Source: the human T2T-CHM13v2.0 reference genome, Homo sapiens. From it: 64,000 bases of DNA. The position numbers and the translations under genes were made by a program. Location of the stretch: the NCBI RefSeq assembly GCF_009914755.1, contig NC_060947.1; one strand, given 5' to 3'. Each line of letters begins with the position of its first letter. The first letter of the stretch is position 1. The notes under the pieces were generated by a model. It was not told the DNA's origin, searched no databases, and saw nothing but the letters and a program-made list of their open reading frames with translations. This document shows positions 1-13,865 of the stretch, in pieces.

Positions 1-352
<352 letters not shown>

Positions 353-664
353 TCATCCATACTTCCCTGAGCAACAACTTTGTAATTACTTATACATCAT
401 TTTTGTTAATTTTATTTTAAATTATTATTTTATATTTCCTATCAACATTTACGATAAAAGAACATTTAAACTATTTATCTGTCAGATTGTTTCCTGGAAT
501 TTTGGGACATTTTGATCTTGGCAGAATGTGGACCACAACATACAATCTAAGGTACTTTCCAGCTCACAAAGACACTACCAGGCAGACAAGATTTGTGATG
601 GACTGTACTCTGGGTAATCCTCAGACAAATCCCTCCCTGATCTGCCTTTTACTTTTATATTGTT

Positions 665-752
665 AACACCTGGCATAGTGTTTTGGCGCATAATACCTTA
701 CTCTCCAATAAATACTTCTGTTTAGTGAATAAATGAGTGAATGGGTGAATGA
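665..752 (+). mobile_element. L2 3' end fragment
   Basis: CCTGGCATAGT...CAATAAATACT...GTGAATAAATGAGTGAATG resembles the L2 terminus. Confidence 0.55.
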
Positions 753-889
753 GGCTCTGGTTCTCAAATAAATGCTGAAAAAATGGTTGAAAACTAGAGG
801 ATCTAAGTTTAAAGCATAATTACAATGAATTATCAGCTGTTCCTGGAAGTCTTAAACTATTTGGTTTGAATATTTTCAGAATTTTATGA

Positions 890-890
<1 letters not shown>

Positions 891-932
<42 letters not shown>
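891..932. repeat. (AC)21 microsatellite
   Basis: perfect AC run. Confidence 0.97.
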
Positions 933-936
<4 letters not shown>

Positions 937-1369
937 AGACATACCCCATGAGGATGGCAGAGAAGTGTAGTAACACATAGCCAAGATCTAAAGTTAATTA
1001 CATGCAGGCAGGCCTGATTTTTTAAGTGACACTTCGGTCTGTCCATTGAACCCAATGATTTCATTCTAGAGTTAAAAGTAGCTTTACTGCAGAGCGGTGA
1101 GATTGTCTTGTTATTGGCTTTTGGAATTGGGACGTTCTGAGTTAAGAGAAAATGCAGTCTCTGACGAGCTTGAATGATAAATTCTTCCAGAGCTTATCAT
1201 TTAGTTTTTATTATGGCTCTGTATATTTGATTGATTTGTTTCTTATGTCTTCCAGAGAGAAGAGAAATTATTTGAGTTAAAACCATAGTAAATCGTATTT
1301 CTGTCAAAACAAGATTGTTATGTACAGTTCAATTTATACAAAATAAGAGCCTACAAGTGGTATTTCACA

Positions 1370-1527
1370 GTGAAGAGTCCTAGGATCTGAGGTTCTGACC
1401 TTAGTGTGGCTATAAAGCTGTGAGGATAAGTTGTGGTTCTCATTGGGCCTCAGCTCCCTCATCTGGGAACAGTGTTGGACTAGATGAACTCAGCGGACAC
1501 ATTCAACTTTGGTTCTCTGTGATTGTA
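1370..1527 (+). mobile_element. MIR3-like SINE
   Basis: GGGCCTCAGCTCCCTCATCTG core followed by TTGGACTAGATGA tail. Confidence 0.6.
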
Positions 1528-3659
1528 GGCTACTTCGGAAATGGTTGCTACACACAAGACAAAATAGGGATTGAGACAATTATTATTTAAGCCTGAAAAT
1601 CTCTTATACTTCTCTTTTCAGTTGTCTACTTTGGATATAGCCCTATTCTGATTTTTTTCTGAAGGATTCAAATGCACAATTTATCTTGGGTTAATCTCTC
1701 TTTCTAAGCTTGACTTAAAAAAATTTTAAGCCATTTTCCTCATGTCTTTGTAAATCACAAAACCCTACTACCTTTTTTTTTTGGGGGGGGCGGATTGTGA
1801 TGGATTTTCCATTTATCTATTTTTCAAGGAGTTGTCTTTTTTTGTTGATAAGTGAATTTAGTTATCCTCCGTGACAATTAAACAAAGTAAACTATGAATC
1901 TATCTAGGTAGACCACATTATCACATTTCAGGGAAAATAGCATTTGTTTTTTTATTTAATGTTTTATCACCTCTCCCTTTTAGCCAACACTGCCAAGTTT
2001 CTTATCCGGGATACTGACAGACCCTTGGACAACTCAGTTGAGCTTCAGAAATTCAGTGATTCATTCCAGTGAGCAAAGCTCTTAGCTGACTAGAGGTGTT
2101 TGGCCTCTTCACGACCATAAACTTCAGCCATAGTTTTATTTCTGGACTGATGTGTCTCCATCTGCTCATATAGATTTTAACTGGAAACAAAGAAATAAAG
2201 CCCTCAATATTATAATATTCAGCCGATATGTTCTCGTGTAAGAGTAGAAAAGAGGAAAAAACGTATCCATTCAAAACGTTTCTCTGCTTTCCAGAGGTTT
2301 CTGAGGGGTTTATTAAAAGCATTCGCGAATGAAAGGAAAATCCAGCAACAGTTGGCTGCGTGTTTGTTTCTGTCATGTTACAGAAGGTTATTAAAGAGGC
2401 AGTGTAGGTTATCCTTGTCCAAACCCCACCATCTTAAAAATAAATTTAAAAGGATGTCATTGGAATATTAAAGACTTATAATATGATTACATTTCAAATA
2501 TTTAACTTGAAATTTTTGAACAAAATATATTTTATTGACTAAGTTGATTTCTGAAAAGCAAATAGATTTTAAGTAATAATCTGTGTAAGTTAGAGTAGGC
2601 GTTTGTTGAAATAATTCATTAGTTTTAAACTGCATTTATTCAGATTTTGCTTTGCTCAAATTCATCAGAAAATTGTTCAGTTCTACTATGCAAAGGGCTC
2701 AGTTGTTCTGAAATTTTAAAAATAAGCTAATTTTCCTGTTCTTACAGACTAAAATGAGGAGAAGCTCTGTCTGTACTGATGTAGCTTGTTTTTCAATCAT
2801 AGTTTCTGAGTTTCTCTGTAGGGCAAAATCAAATATACAAAGATGGGTATTTGTACAAAGACAAAGTAAAGTCTTAGAAAAAGAAGGGTAAATATATACT
2901 TTCTCAAATGATTTATAACAGAGGGCTAAGAAATAGGGAGTTTCACAATCTCCTCTTACTGTGCCTGTCCAAGAGAAATCCTTCCTAAGTCATGATCTCT
3001 AACTAGGAGCCAAATATTTTTGCTATTTGAATAAGATTTAAAATTTTACTGGGCTCTGTTTTGCTCTTCTCAAATCACACTGATTCTTTCTCATTTGCTG
3101 ACCCGAGGAGGATCTGATAAAAATGAGATTTAGCCTCCATGCTTCTGCGAATTCTCTGTGTGACACTGGACCAGGTCCTTCCCTTCTCTGAGCCTCAGTT
3201 TTTTTGTTTTGGTTTGTTTTGTTTGTATTTTTGTCAGATAAAGTAGTTAGATTTAGCCTTCCCACTCAATAAAACAGTTGAATAAAAATGAAGCCATTGG
3301 AGAAAACTGGAATCCACTTTAATTCATTGAAAATAGTAAATCATTCTCAAACTTGACACATTATTATTAATAACAAGTTATTTTCAACAAACTTCACACC
3401 TGCTCTCTGACACACCAGTGAACACATTTTGACCAGAAGTTCTAACATTCCTTTTTGCTTAAAAAAGGCCTCATGATTTTATTTCCCTCATTCTTATTTC
3501 AGCTCTTAGATATTATAATTGTATAAATCTACTTACACAAAGAGTATGAGTAATTTCTGGTAATCCTTATGTGGTAACAGATTGCCTCTAAAAATACAAT
3601 TTATGCAGTGCTCACTGTGTGCTGAACATTCAAGCAGATGCTGCGCACATCTAAAACAA

Positions 3660-4140
3660 ATCCACAAGTGTTCCTGCAGGCTGTGTGTGGGCCCAGCCCT
3701 GGGGCAAGATGCTGGGCGAAAATGGAAATCTCACTAGCCACTGAATCTTCCTCAAGGACCTCCTGTATGTTGGGGAAACAACATACACACTTGAAATAAG
3801 ACATGATGCCTGCTGTTGAAGAATTTATAACCAAATTGGCAAGATGAGCTGCTAATCCTTGAAGAAGATATGGGAGGTCAGGATCAGAAAAGAAAAAGAT
3901 CAATATGGACCAGACTGGCATGATCTAAGAAGGCTGTGCGGAGCAAGCAGGACACTGAAACAGCCTTGAATTGAGAAAGGCTTGGGCAATCAGCAAGCTT
4001 GAAAATGTAAAGACAGGAATATGCATGCATACAACAGTGACAAGAATACTACTGGCTGAACTTACCTTTTCATGGTTCTGAGAGCCAGAAAAGGGAACTT
4101 GGACTTGAGTCCAAAAATAATGGAAGGTTCTCCAAGCAAA
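3660..4140 (-). mobile_element. L2 fragment
   Basis: GAAATAAGACATGATGCCTGCTGTTGAAGAATTTATA resembles antisense L2 3' region; boundaries approximate. Confidence 0.45.
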
Positions 4141-4189
4141 ACAAAAGTTATAAAACTACTAATATTTGTATGCGGTCTTAGAAAAATGT

Positions 4190-4325
4190 CACATGCATTT
4201 CTATTGATATTCCTTGTCCTCACCACTTGAGATTGTTATGTCTGTGTTAGAAGGAGGAAATTGAGGTTTAGGGAGTTTTAGGGCTTGCTCCACTGACCCA
4301 GTGACTATAGGGAGAGGCCAGTTTA
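4190..4325 (-). mobile_element. MIR fragment
   Basis: AGAAGGAGGAAATTGAGGTTTAGGGAG antisense MIR core. Confidence 0.55.
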
Positions 4326-4343
4326 GCTAGGATCAGCACAGAT

Positions 4344-4532
4344 GGGTGTTCAAGAGCAGGCACTCTGGAGCCAGCATGCCCCCGTTTGAAACCCAGCTCT
4401 GCCACTTACTAGCTGTGTGACACTGAGCCAGTCATTTAACTTCTCCAGGGCTCAGTTTTCTCATCTGAAACAAAGAGACAATGATTATATATAACTCAGA
4501 GTGTGGTTGTGAGTATCAGTGAGTTAATACTT
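4344..4532 (+). mobile_element. MIR
   Basis: CTCTGGAGCCAG...CCCAGCTCTGCCACTTACTAGCTGTGTGAC...CTCAGTTTTCTCATCTG. Confidence 0.85.
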
Positions 4533-4984
4533 AAAAAATAACATATATTTGTTGTACAATAAAAGGTGCCAAAGAGATAATTTGAAACGAGTTATGACTG
4601 AGTTTTTACCCACATCCTGTCCACTCCATCACTGAGTTTCACTGGATAAACAGAGACGCATTGAGTTGTCTGGCTGAAAGAGTGATCTGAACATTTGGGC
4701 AGAGAGGAGGCTGAGTTCTAGGAAGCTGCTATGGTAGTTCAGGGATAAGAAAACGAACCCCTGCGATTAGGGAAATGAAGAGAAGATAGAGGAAACCCTG
4801 CTTCTATGTTCAACCACAGGCTATCCACAAGCTGGGAGGACAGATTGATTTCTTTTTCTCTTTTCTTTATGCATCTTTCTGTTCTTATTTAACATTACAT
4901 CTCAAAGATCTTTCCATATCAGCATAAACAGAACTATTGCTTTTTAATAGCAGCTTTTCTTTTTTTCTTCTTTCCTTCATTCTT

Positions 4985-6003
4985 TTCTATTTATAATTGA
5001 CAGACAATAATTGTACATATTTATGGCGTAGAGCGTGCTGTTTCAACACATGTATACATTGTATAATGATCGAATCAGGATAGATTGCATATCCATCACT
5101 TTAAACATTAATTTCTTTGTAGTGATGACATTCAAAATCCTCTCTTCTGCCTCTCTTGAAATATATACTGAATTGTTATTAGCTATAGTCACCTTACTGT
5201 CTAATAAAGCACCAGAATTTATTCTTCCTGTCTGACTATATCATTTACCTCTCATGCAAACTTTTCCAGCCCCAATTTCACCTACCCTCCCCAATCTCTG
5301 GTAACCACTATTTTACTCTCTAATTCTATGAGATCAATGTTTCTAGATTCAACATAAAAGTGAAATCATGCAGTATTTATCTTTCTGTGCTGGGTGTTTT
5401 CACTTAACATGATGTCCTTCAGGTTCATCCATATTGCTGCAAATGACAGGATTTTATTCTGTTTTATGGCTGAATAGTATTCCACTGTGTATATACCACA
5501 TTTTCTTAATCCATTCATCCACAGATGGCCTCTTAGGTCGATTCCCTATATTGGCTATTGTGAATAGTGTTGCAATGAACATGGGCCGATATATCGCAGA
5601 TATATCTTCAATATACTGATTTCCTTTCCTTTGGCTATATACCCAGTAATGACATTGCTAGATCATATGGTAGTTTGATTTTTAGTTTTTGGAGGACCCT
5701 CTCTGTTATTTTCCATATTGGCTGCACCATTTTACATTTCCACCAACAGAGCACAAGTGTTCCCCTTTCTCTGCACCTTCGCCAGCGTCTGTTATTTTCT
5801 GTTTGTTAATAGCCAGTCTAACTGGAGTAAGGTGATAACTCATTGTGGTTTTGAGTTACATTTCCCTGATGATTAGTGATACTATACATTTTTTTCATAT
5901 ACCTGTTGGCCATTTGTATGTCTTCTTTTTAAGAAATGTGTATTCGGGTCTTTTGCCAATTTTTAAATTGGATTATTTGTTGTTTTGCTATTGAGTTGTT
6001 TGA
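4985..6003 (-). mobile_element. L1MA-type 3' end
   Basis: antisense L1 3'UTR/ORF2 end (ATAATTGTACATATTTATGG, GCATATCCATCAC, TTACATTTCCACCAACAG). Confidence 0.85.
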
Positions 6004-6167
6004 ATAAGATTGATCTTTTAGAAAGCCATATTTAGTAACATGTCCATTTTTTATAATCAGCAGATTCTAAGCATAATAATATTAGTATTCTCTAAGGGAA
6101 AGGCATAAGGCAAATGGATTTTGAAAAAGGACTATTTTCTTCATGGATTCTTAAGGGAGAGAACCTT

Positions 6168-6782
6168 TTATTTATTTATTTTATTTTATTTTATTATTAT
6201 ACTTTAAGTTCTAGGGTACATGTGCACAACATGCAGGTTTGTTACATATGTATACATGTGCCATGTTGGTGTGCTGCACCCATTAACTCGTCATTTACAA
6301 TAGGTATTTCTCCTAATGCTATCCCTCCCCCCTCCCCCCACCCCACGACAGGCCTCGGTGTTCCCCACCCTGTGTCCAAGTGTTCTCATTGTTCAATTCC
6401 CATCTATGAGTGAGAACATGTGGTGTTTGGTTTTCTGTCCTTGTGATAGTTTGCTCAGAATGATGGTTTCTAGCTTCATCCATGTCCCAACAAAGGACAT
6501 GAACTCATCCTTTTTTACGGCTGCATAGTATTCCATTGTGTATATGTGCCACATTTTCTTAATCCAGTCTATCATTGTTGGACATTTGGGTTGGTTCCAA
6601 GTCTTTGCTATTGTGAATAATGCCGCAATAAACATACGTGTGCATGTGTCTTTATAGCAGCATGATTTATAATCCTTTGGGTATATACCCAGTAATGAGA
6701 TGGCTGGGTGAAATGGTATTTCTAGTTCTAGATCCCTGAGGAATTGCCACACTGTCTTCCAAATGACTGAACTAGTTTAGAG
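6168..6782 (-). mobile_element. 5'-truncated L1PA (PA4/5-like) with 16-bp TSD
   Basis: TATACTTTAAGTTCTAGGGTACATGTGCAC 3' end; ORF2 C-terminal peptide in ORF 6393-6752; perfect TSD TAAGGGAGAGAACCTT at 6152-6167 and 6783-6798. Confidence 0.95.
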
Positions 6783-6897
6783 TAAGGGAGAGAACCTTGA
6801 ACGGGTTTGGTTATTAGATGAGAAACCTGAGGCCACCTGACGAAGAATTTCAGCCTTACACAAGATTCACGTAGGCCATCTAGGCCTTAGATATGTG

Positions 6898-7083
6898 CGG
6901 AGCCAACTTCAGGGGCATATAATCTGTGCAGTTGTGCAGAGTCTCAAGCTTAGAAGTCTCAAGCTCACATTTGGTTTAATGCTCTGCTCCTCTGATGGTT
7001 CTTGAAATTATGAATAGCTTTTGAACAAGGGACTCCACATTTTTAATTTTCACTCGGCCTCACAATTTATGTAACCCTTCCTA
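6898..7083 (+). mobile_element. MER45A-like hAT-Tip100 DNA transposon
   Basis: TTGGTTTAATGCTCTGCT...CTTGAAATT...TTTGAACAAGGG...CACAATTTATGTA matches recalled MER45A layout. Confidence 0.75.
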
Positions 7084-9654
7084 GGTCTATGACACCTGTG
7101 ACTCAATTAACCTGCCACAAATTCCTCTTGCCTAAGGCAGATCTATTTCTAATAGGACCATTACCTTATGAACATCCCACATTCTGTCGTTTTTCTGACT
7201 ATCTGTGTTTTATCACATTGTCCTCTCAGACGAGGTATTGAACTAAATGGAAGTGTGGATGTTTCTCCTTTAAACACTCTTTAAATACGCTTTCTCCTTA
7301 AGTGCTCTTTATTCATGTTTTACTCACCTTTTTAGCTAATTCAGACTGCGTATGTGTGTGTGTGTGTGTGTTTAAGAAAAGTAAAAGCATCCGTGCTAAA
7401 GCAGCAGCAGTGGGGGGCAATGCAGCTTTTCTGTTCTGTGCAAAGTCTGTTGTTATCTCAATAGTGCAGAGCTGTTGAGAGTAGCTGGATGATTTTGCAA
7501 TGTAAGAAGAGCAATTTAGTTTTTCTAGGGCAGGTAAAAAATGGCTTGCATTATTTGAGGAGGCTTTGTAAGAAAGGAATTGTGTACTTTTAAAAACTCT
7601 CCATTTACCTCTGTCACCTATGCTGTGGCCACAAGAATAACTTCAAGTGGGGCCAGATTTTACTCAGCAGAGCAGCCTCGAAAGTGAAGGACGACGAAGG
7701 GAGCAGAGTTTTCTTCATTTGAGAACATAAAGAAAAAGGAGCATTTTGAGGGGAAGAGAACTTGGAAAAGTTGACGCAATACATTACAGCAGGTGTAGAA
7801 ATGATGGAATCCTGATTCACAGGATGGATATTTTGGTTTCATTCTATTGCTTTATTATAGGTAAAATTGTTTCAAAAGGCTTTGAGAATTTCTATTAAAT
7901 GGCATCCGGATAAGTTTTCTTAATTACTCATAGTAAACTCCTTAAACAGTAAATGAAAAAGGTCACATTAGGACATTATTGTACAAGCAAAGACTCCCCC
8001 AATGCCCATGCAAAGATTTCTAACTAGCATTTGTCCCACACATAGGAGGAGTTCACAGGCAAACCTCACAGCTGCCTTTGAAGCTGGCATGTTTGGAACC
8101 CTAAGCCACTGGATTGCATATCAGTCTTCTGTTTTCACAAGACCTAAAACCGTGTGTCTCACTCAGAATGCAAATAAGTCATAGGGACAGCATTGCCTTG
8201 ATTTACGGGTTTGGTCTTTTTGACCTGAAAACACATCAGTTTATTGAAGGGCTGTGTAAGCACTGGTGTGACTTAGGCAGTTCAGACTGTATGTTGGGCT
8301 CTACGGTTAGGGCTTACATTTATTTATGTATTTATGTTTAAATAAAAGCACTCAGCACATTGTCCATTGATTCCTTAATCTGACAAAATCCCAATAGTGC
8401 CAAGTTGTGCAGAGGCCTCGAGCCTGGAGGAGAGGTAAGCTATACCGCTGGGTTGGCTGCTTTGTTACTTCAAGCATGGAAGGGTGGACTCAGGCACCAG
8501 AAGCCTCTTTCATCGAGCTCTGGGGCTTGTCTGATGGCTACAGATTCAGAAAGCTTTGAATTGGATTTAGATTCAATTGCTAAAAGTTGCTGAATCACAG
8601 TAGAGAGCTAGCTTGTGACTTATAAAACTTCTGGCATTATTTGTTTTGTTTTATTTTGTTTCTTTCCCTAATAACCTTAATGTTACTGAATTTCATTCAT
8701 GATTGCTACAAACGATCAAACCAAGTAATGATTATGGAAATAAACTTTAAAAGCTGATTTGGTGAATAAGTACATAACTCTCTGACTTAATTCTTAAAAC
8801 CACAAATCAAGAATTCCTTATGTTTATTTTTAGTTATCCTTAGAACTGGTAGATTAAAAACTGCAGTGTGACTTTTTTTAAAACATAACATATCTTATAT
8901 TGCCAAAGGCTATTTTTTCTGTAAGTAGTAATGAGATCAAAGTCTCTCCAAATCTGTCATATACATTGAACAAAAATGGTCCTAAGACTAGCCGTGATTT
9001 AAAAATGCACAATTCTTCTTTAAAAATTGTGCCATCATTCAAATAATACTAAATTGATCCTGTGAATTAAATTTTAGATGAAGAAATTTCCAGTTTTGTT
9101 AATTACACACTTTTTACCTACAGCTGGTAACTTTGTTTTTAAACCATGCTGCCCCGAGATACTTGTAAATCTCACCTGATCCTCATAAAATTATAAAATC
9201 AAGCACAATTAATAGGAAAATATATTCCTTCTCATTTTTTTGGAGGTGACCAGAAGTCTGGATAAAATAACTTGATTTTTTTTTTTTCATATGGTAAACA
9301 CTGACAAGAGCAAGTGTGGGAAGGAGATTGAGATATGGGTTATCACTTTATTGCTCCCAGGAACAAAGAAAAGAACTTTTCACTCCTAGCTATTATGCAA
9401 CAAACTTTTTTTTCCAGCATTCTCATTCATAATGTTTTCTGGAGTGTAACGTCTGTCTTTAAAAGGTTTAAGCTAATGCCCACACATGCCAACTTAAAAA
9501 TACTTTCCCATTTATTACATTTCCTTTTCCCAGACCTCTGGTAAACTTAAGAGGCCTCATTATACTATATGGAAATAAAGAGATTCCCAAATGGGGAAGG
9601 ACTGTTTTGAATGCCGACTAAGGTCCATAGCCGGGGGAAATAATTAACTCATTA

Positions 9655-10680
<1,026 letters not shown>

Positions 10681-11489
10681 TATTTCTATCATACAGGATT
10701 CTCACATATATTTGACTAAGGCTTTGTATAATTAATAAAGTCTCATCATAAAAAGCATTTACTAAATCCATATCCCCATCTGTGTGGAATTCCAAAGTAC
10801 CTATGAGAAACATAATATTTTTGCTTCTAAACATGCACTGAAGGCTTTTGTAGATAAATGTCCTGCTTCGGAAAAAAAAAAAAAAAGCTATGCTTCCATG
10901 AGAATTACCTACAAATGCCCTAATTCATGAATGTGCTAACAATTCCTTTATATCATGAACATTACCTGGTATCTGTTATTTAGTATGGGCATGTAGGTGA
11001 TGACTGTATGAATATATAAATGCTACATGGTTAGAAGCTCTGCAACATGTGAAATTATTGTAAGGCTGAGATTACTTTTAGAGGGAAGGTCAATATAATT
11101 TGGATGTCAGTCATGTCTTACACACAGCAGTAGTTGGAAAGCATTCAAGTAGATAATTAGAATTTGGTTATAACTTAAATTTGTTTTCTTCTCAACTTTG
11201 TTACTTAACAGGGCTTGTGTATGTTACACTGAAAGTGGCCTTCCTAAAAACTCTGGGTCTGTTATGATTTCTTTATTAAATGATTTCTATGATGTATTCA
11301 TTATGTCACTAAACCAACATTCAAGTGCCCATATCTCGCTAAGCTCTGGAATTCTGCGTAGACAAGGCAGATAAAGTGATGATCCTTGTAAAGGTCAGGG
11401 GTGTGTGGAAAAACACTACCTAGGAATATATTCTTCTTTGTTTGGTTTTAAATCACAGCCATGAAGTTGTCCAAAGAACTGGTGCCAAA

Positions 11490-11700
11490 ATCATTCATGT
11501 ATGCAGCTGGTATTTACTGGGCACCTCCTCTATGCTGGGCACTACGTCTGGTGCCGAGCAAATAGTGGTAAATAAAATAGATGATGTTTCTGCTCTCATG
11601 GAGCTTACTGTCACCTAGTGAGCACTTGAAATACAGTGTGCTGAGTGCTAACCTAGGGTTAACTAGAGACAGAAAGTTCCCAGAATATAATGGACACTTG
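11490..11700 (-). mobile_element. L2 fragment
   Basis: TATTTACTGGGCACCTCCTCTATGCTGGGCACT...TGCTCTCATGGAGCTTAC. Confidence 0.7.
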
Positions 11701-11721
11701 AGATTTATATGCATGGATGTA

Positions 11722-11792
11722 TGAGAGAGAGAGAGAGAAACAGAGAGAGACAGAGACAGAGACAAAGACAGAGACAGTGAGAAAGAGAGAGA
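11722..11792. repeat. GA/GAGACA low-complexity repeat
   Basis: (GA)n and (GAGACA)n units. Confidence 0.85.
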
Positions 11793-12599
11793 AGTAAAGA
11801 TGTGCTTATCTCAGTTTTAACTAAATATTACCACATCCCCTCAGTCATCCCTGTAAAAAAGCAAAAAAGAATGAAACAGGAAAGGGGAAAAAGAAATGGG
11901 AAAGTTACATTTCTTCCCTGAAGGCTGCGTTGATTCCTCCAAATGGAAGTGACTCCTCAATAATTACGCCTTTTGATTCTGGACCATTTCTTCTAATTTA
12001 CGAGCATATTTTTTTCTTGACTCTCTTAAAAATAAAGAAAACCCCATATAATAAGTCATTTTTTATTGCTACTTTTAGATAAATCAGGGAAGCATCTTTA
12101 AGGTTTGTTCTTTCTAAATGCTCTTAGAAAAAAATATTCAGCAGAAAGCTGTGTGAAGACTGAAAAAAAAGATGAGGACTATGACCAGTTCAAGCTTCAT
12201 TTTCTTTGATTATTTATGCTCTTTTTTCTTCACCTTTGCCTTCCATGTAATCAGCCTCATCCTGTAGCACGCTAGAAGATGCCGATTACATACAAGTCAC
12301 AGGGTAATTTAGCCTTTTGACCTTCTTTGAGCTCTTATAAATCTTTCCACTGCTGGCAGGCCAGGGTTTTGTTCTTCCCTCAGCAACAAAAAGCTGTTGC
12401 TTATAAGCTGCCTCACACAGCAGCAGAAAGGAAACAGTGAAAACTGTGTGTGAGGCTGCCTGGGGGAGGGGTGGCTGTGACCTTGGCCTTTCTGAGAATG
12501 TGGGGAAGAGGAGCAGTTCCCATTTTCCCAGTGCTAGCCGCCCTAATTATGCCAGAAGCGATGTTGGTGACAAATTGGAATGCAGTTATCAGTTGTGAG

Positions 12600-12667
12600 T
12601 GTAAAATGAGGAGATTGGACAAGTTGATCTCAAAGACTCTTTCTGGCTCTCACATTCCAGGATTCTA
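12600..12667 (+). mobile_element. MIR3 3' fragment
   Basis: TGTAAAATGAGGAGATTGGAC...GATCTCAAAGACTCTTTCTGGCTCT. Confidence 0.6.
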
Positions 12668-13116
12668 AATATGTCTCACGCATGATAACTTGAAAAGAAA
12701 ATTGAACAGGACGATGAATTAGGCTTATGCATGAGAAGCACCCTGGTGGATATCAGCCATTCACAAATCACAGCTATGGACAGCCTCTCCTGCATCCAGA
12801 TGTTGAACAGGGGTGGTTCAGTCTAGGTTGTGCTAAATAAATAGGGAGAGCCTGACCACCATACTACATAAAGCGGGGGTGCTCTGACCTCAGGCAGAAG
12901 GTAAGCAGGCAGGAAAATAATTTCAGCATTTGGTTTCTATTAACATAAGCCTGAGAACATTTCACCTTTGTAATCACATAGCTGTTTAAAAGACTCCTAA
13001 TATTCAAGATGTGCATGTATGTGTGTAGGGGGATGGTTCTGAAAAGATTTTCTGAAGTATCTTTGGTGATCTTATCCAACCAAGTGATATGTGTTTTTCT
13101 TCTGGGTTCTGCTTAG

Positions 13117-13564
<448 letters not shown>

Positions 13565-13761
13565 TAGTTAGCATCATCCTAACTGCTCTCATTCTTTCTT
13601 TCTTTTTTCTTCCTGTATTAATTTTAATGTGCAAAGATGAGTCCTCTTACAGCTTGATCCATTCTTGTTAAGACTTGAATATGAAGGAAATATATTGGGC
13701 AACTATGGGGTGTTTTATTCTTTTGATTGATCCAACATGGACATATGCCCATCTTAATGCA

Positions 13762-13865
13762 AATAATAATAATAACAAACAATTATATAGCACTTAATTT
13801 CTGCCATACAATATTCTGAGTGCTTTGCATGTATAAATTCATGCCATGTTCACAACCACCCTATC
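13762..13865 (-). mobile_element. MIR 3' fragment
   Basis: AATAATAATAAC...TATATAGCACTTA...GTGCTTTGCATG...TTCACAACCACCCTAT. Confidence 0.65.

Noticed and set aside
2320-2331. 12-bp palindrome CATTCGCGAATG
   Set aside because: Several 12-bp palindromes are expected by chance in a window this size; no other support
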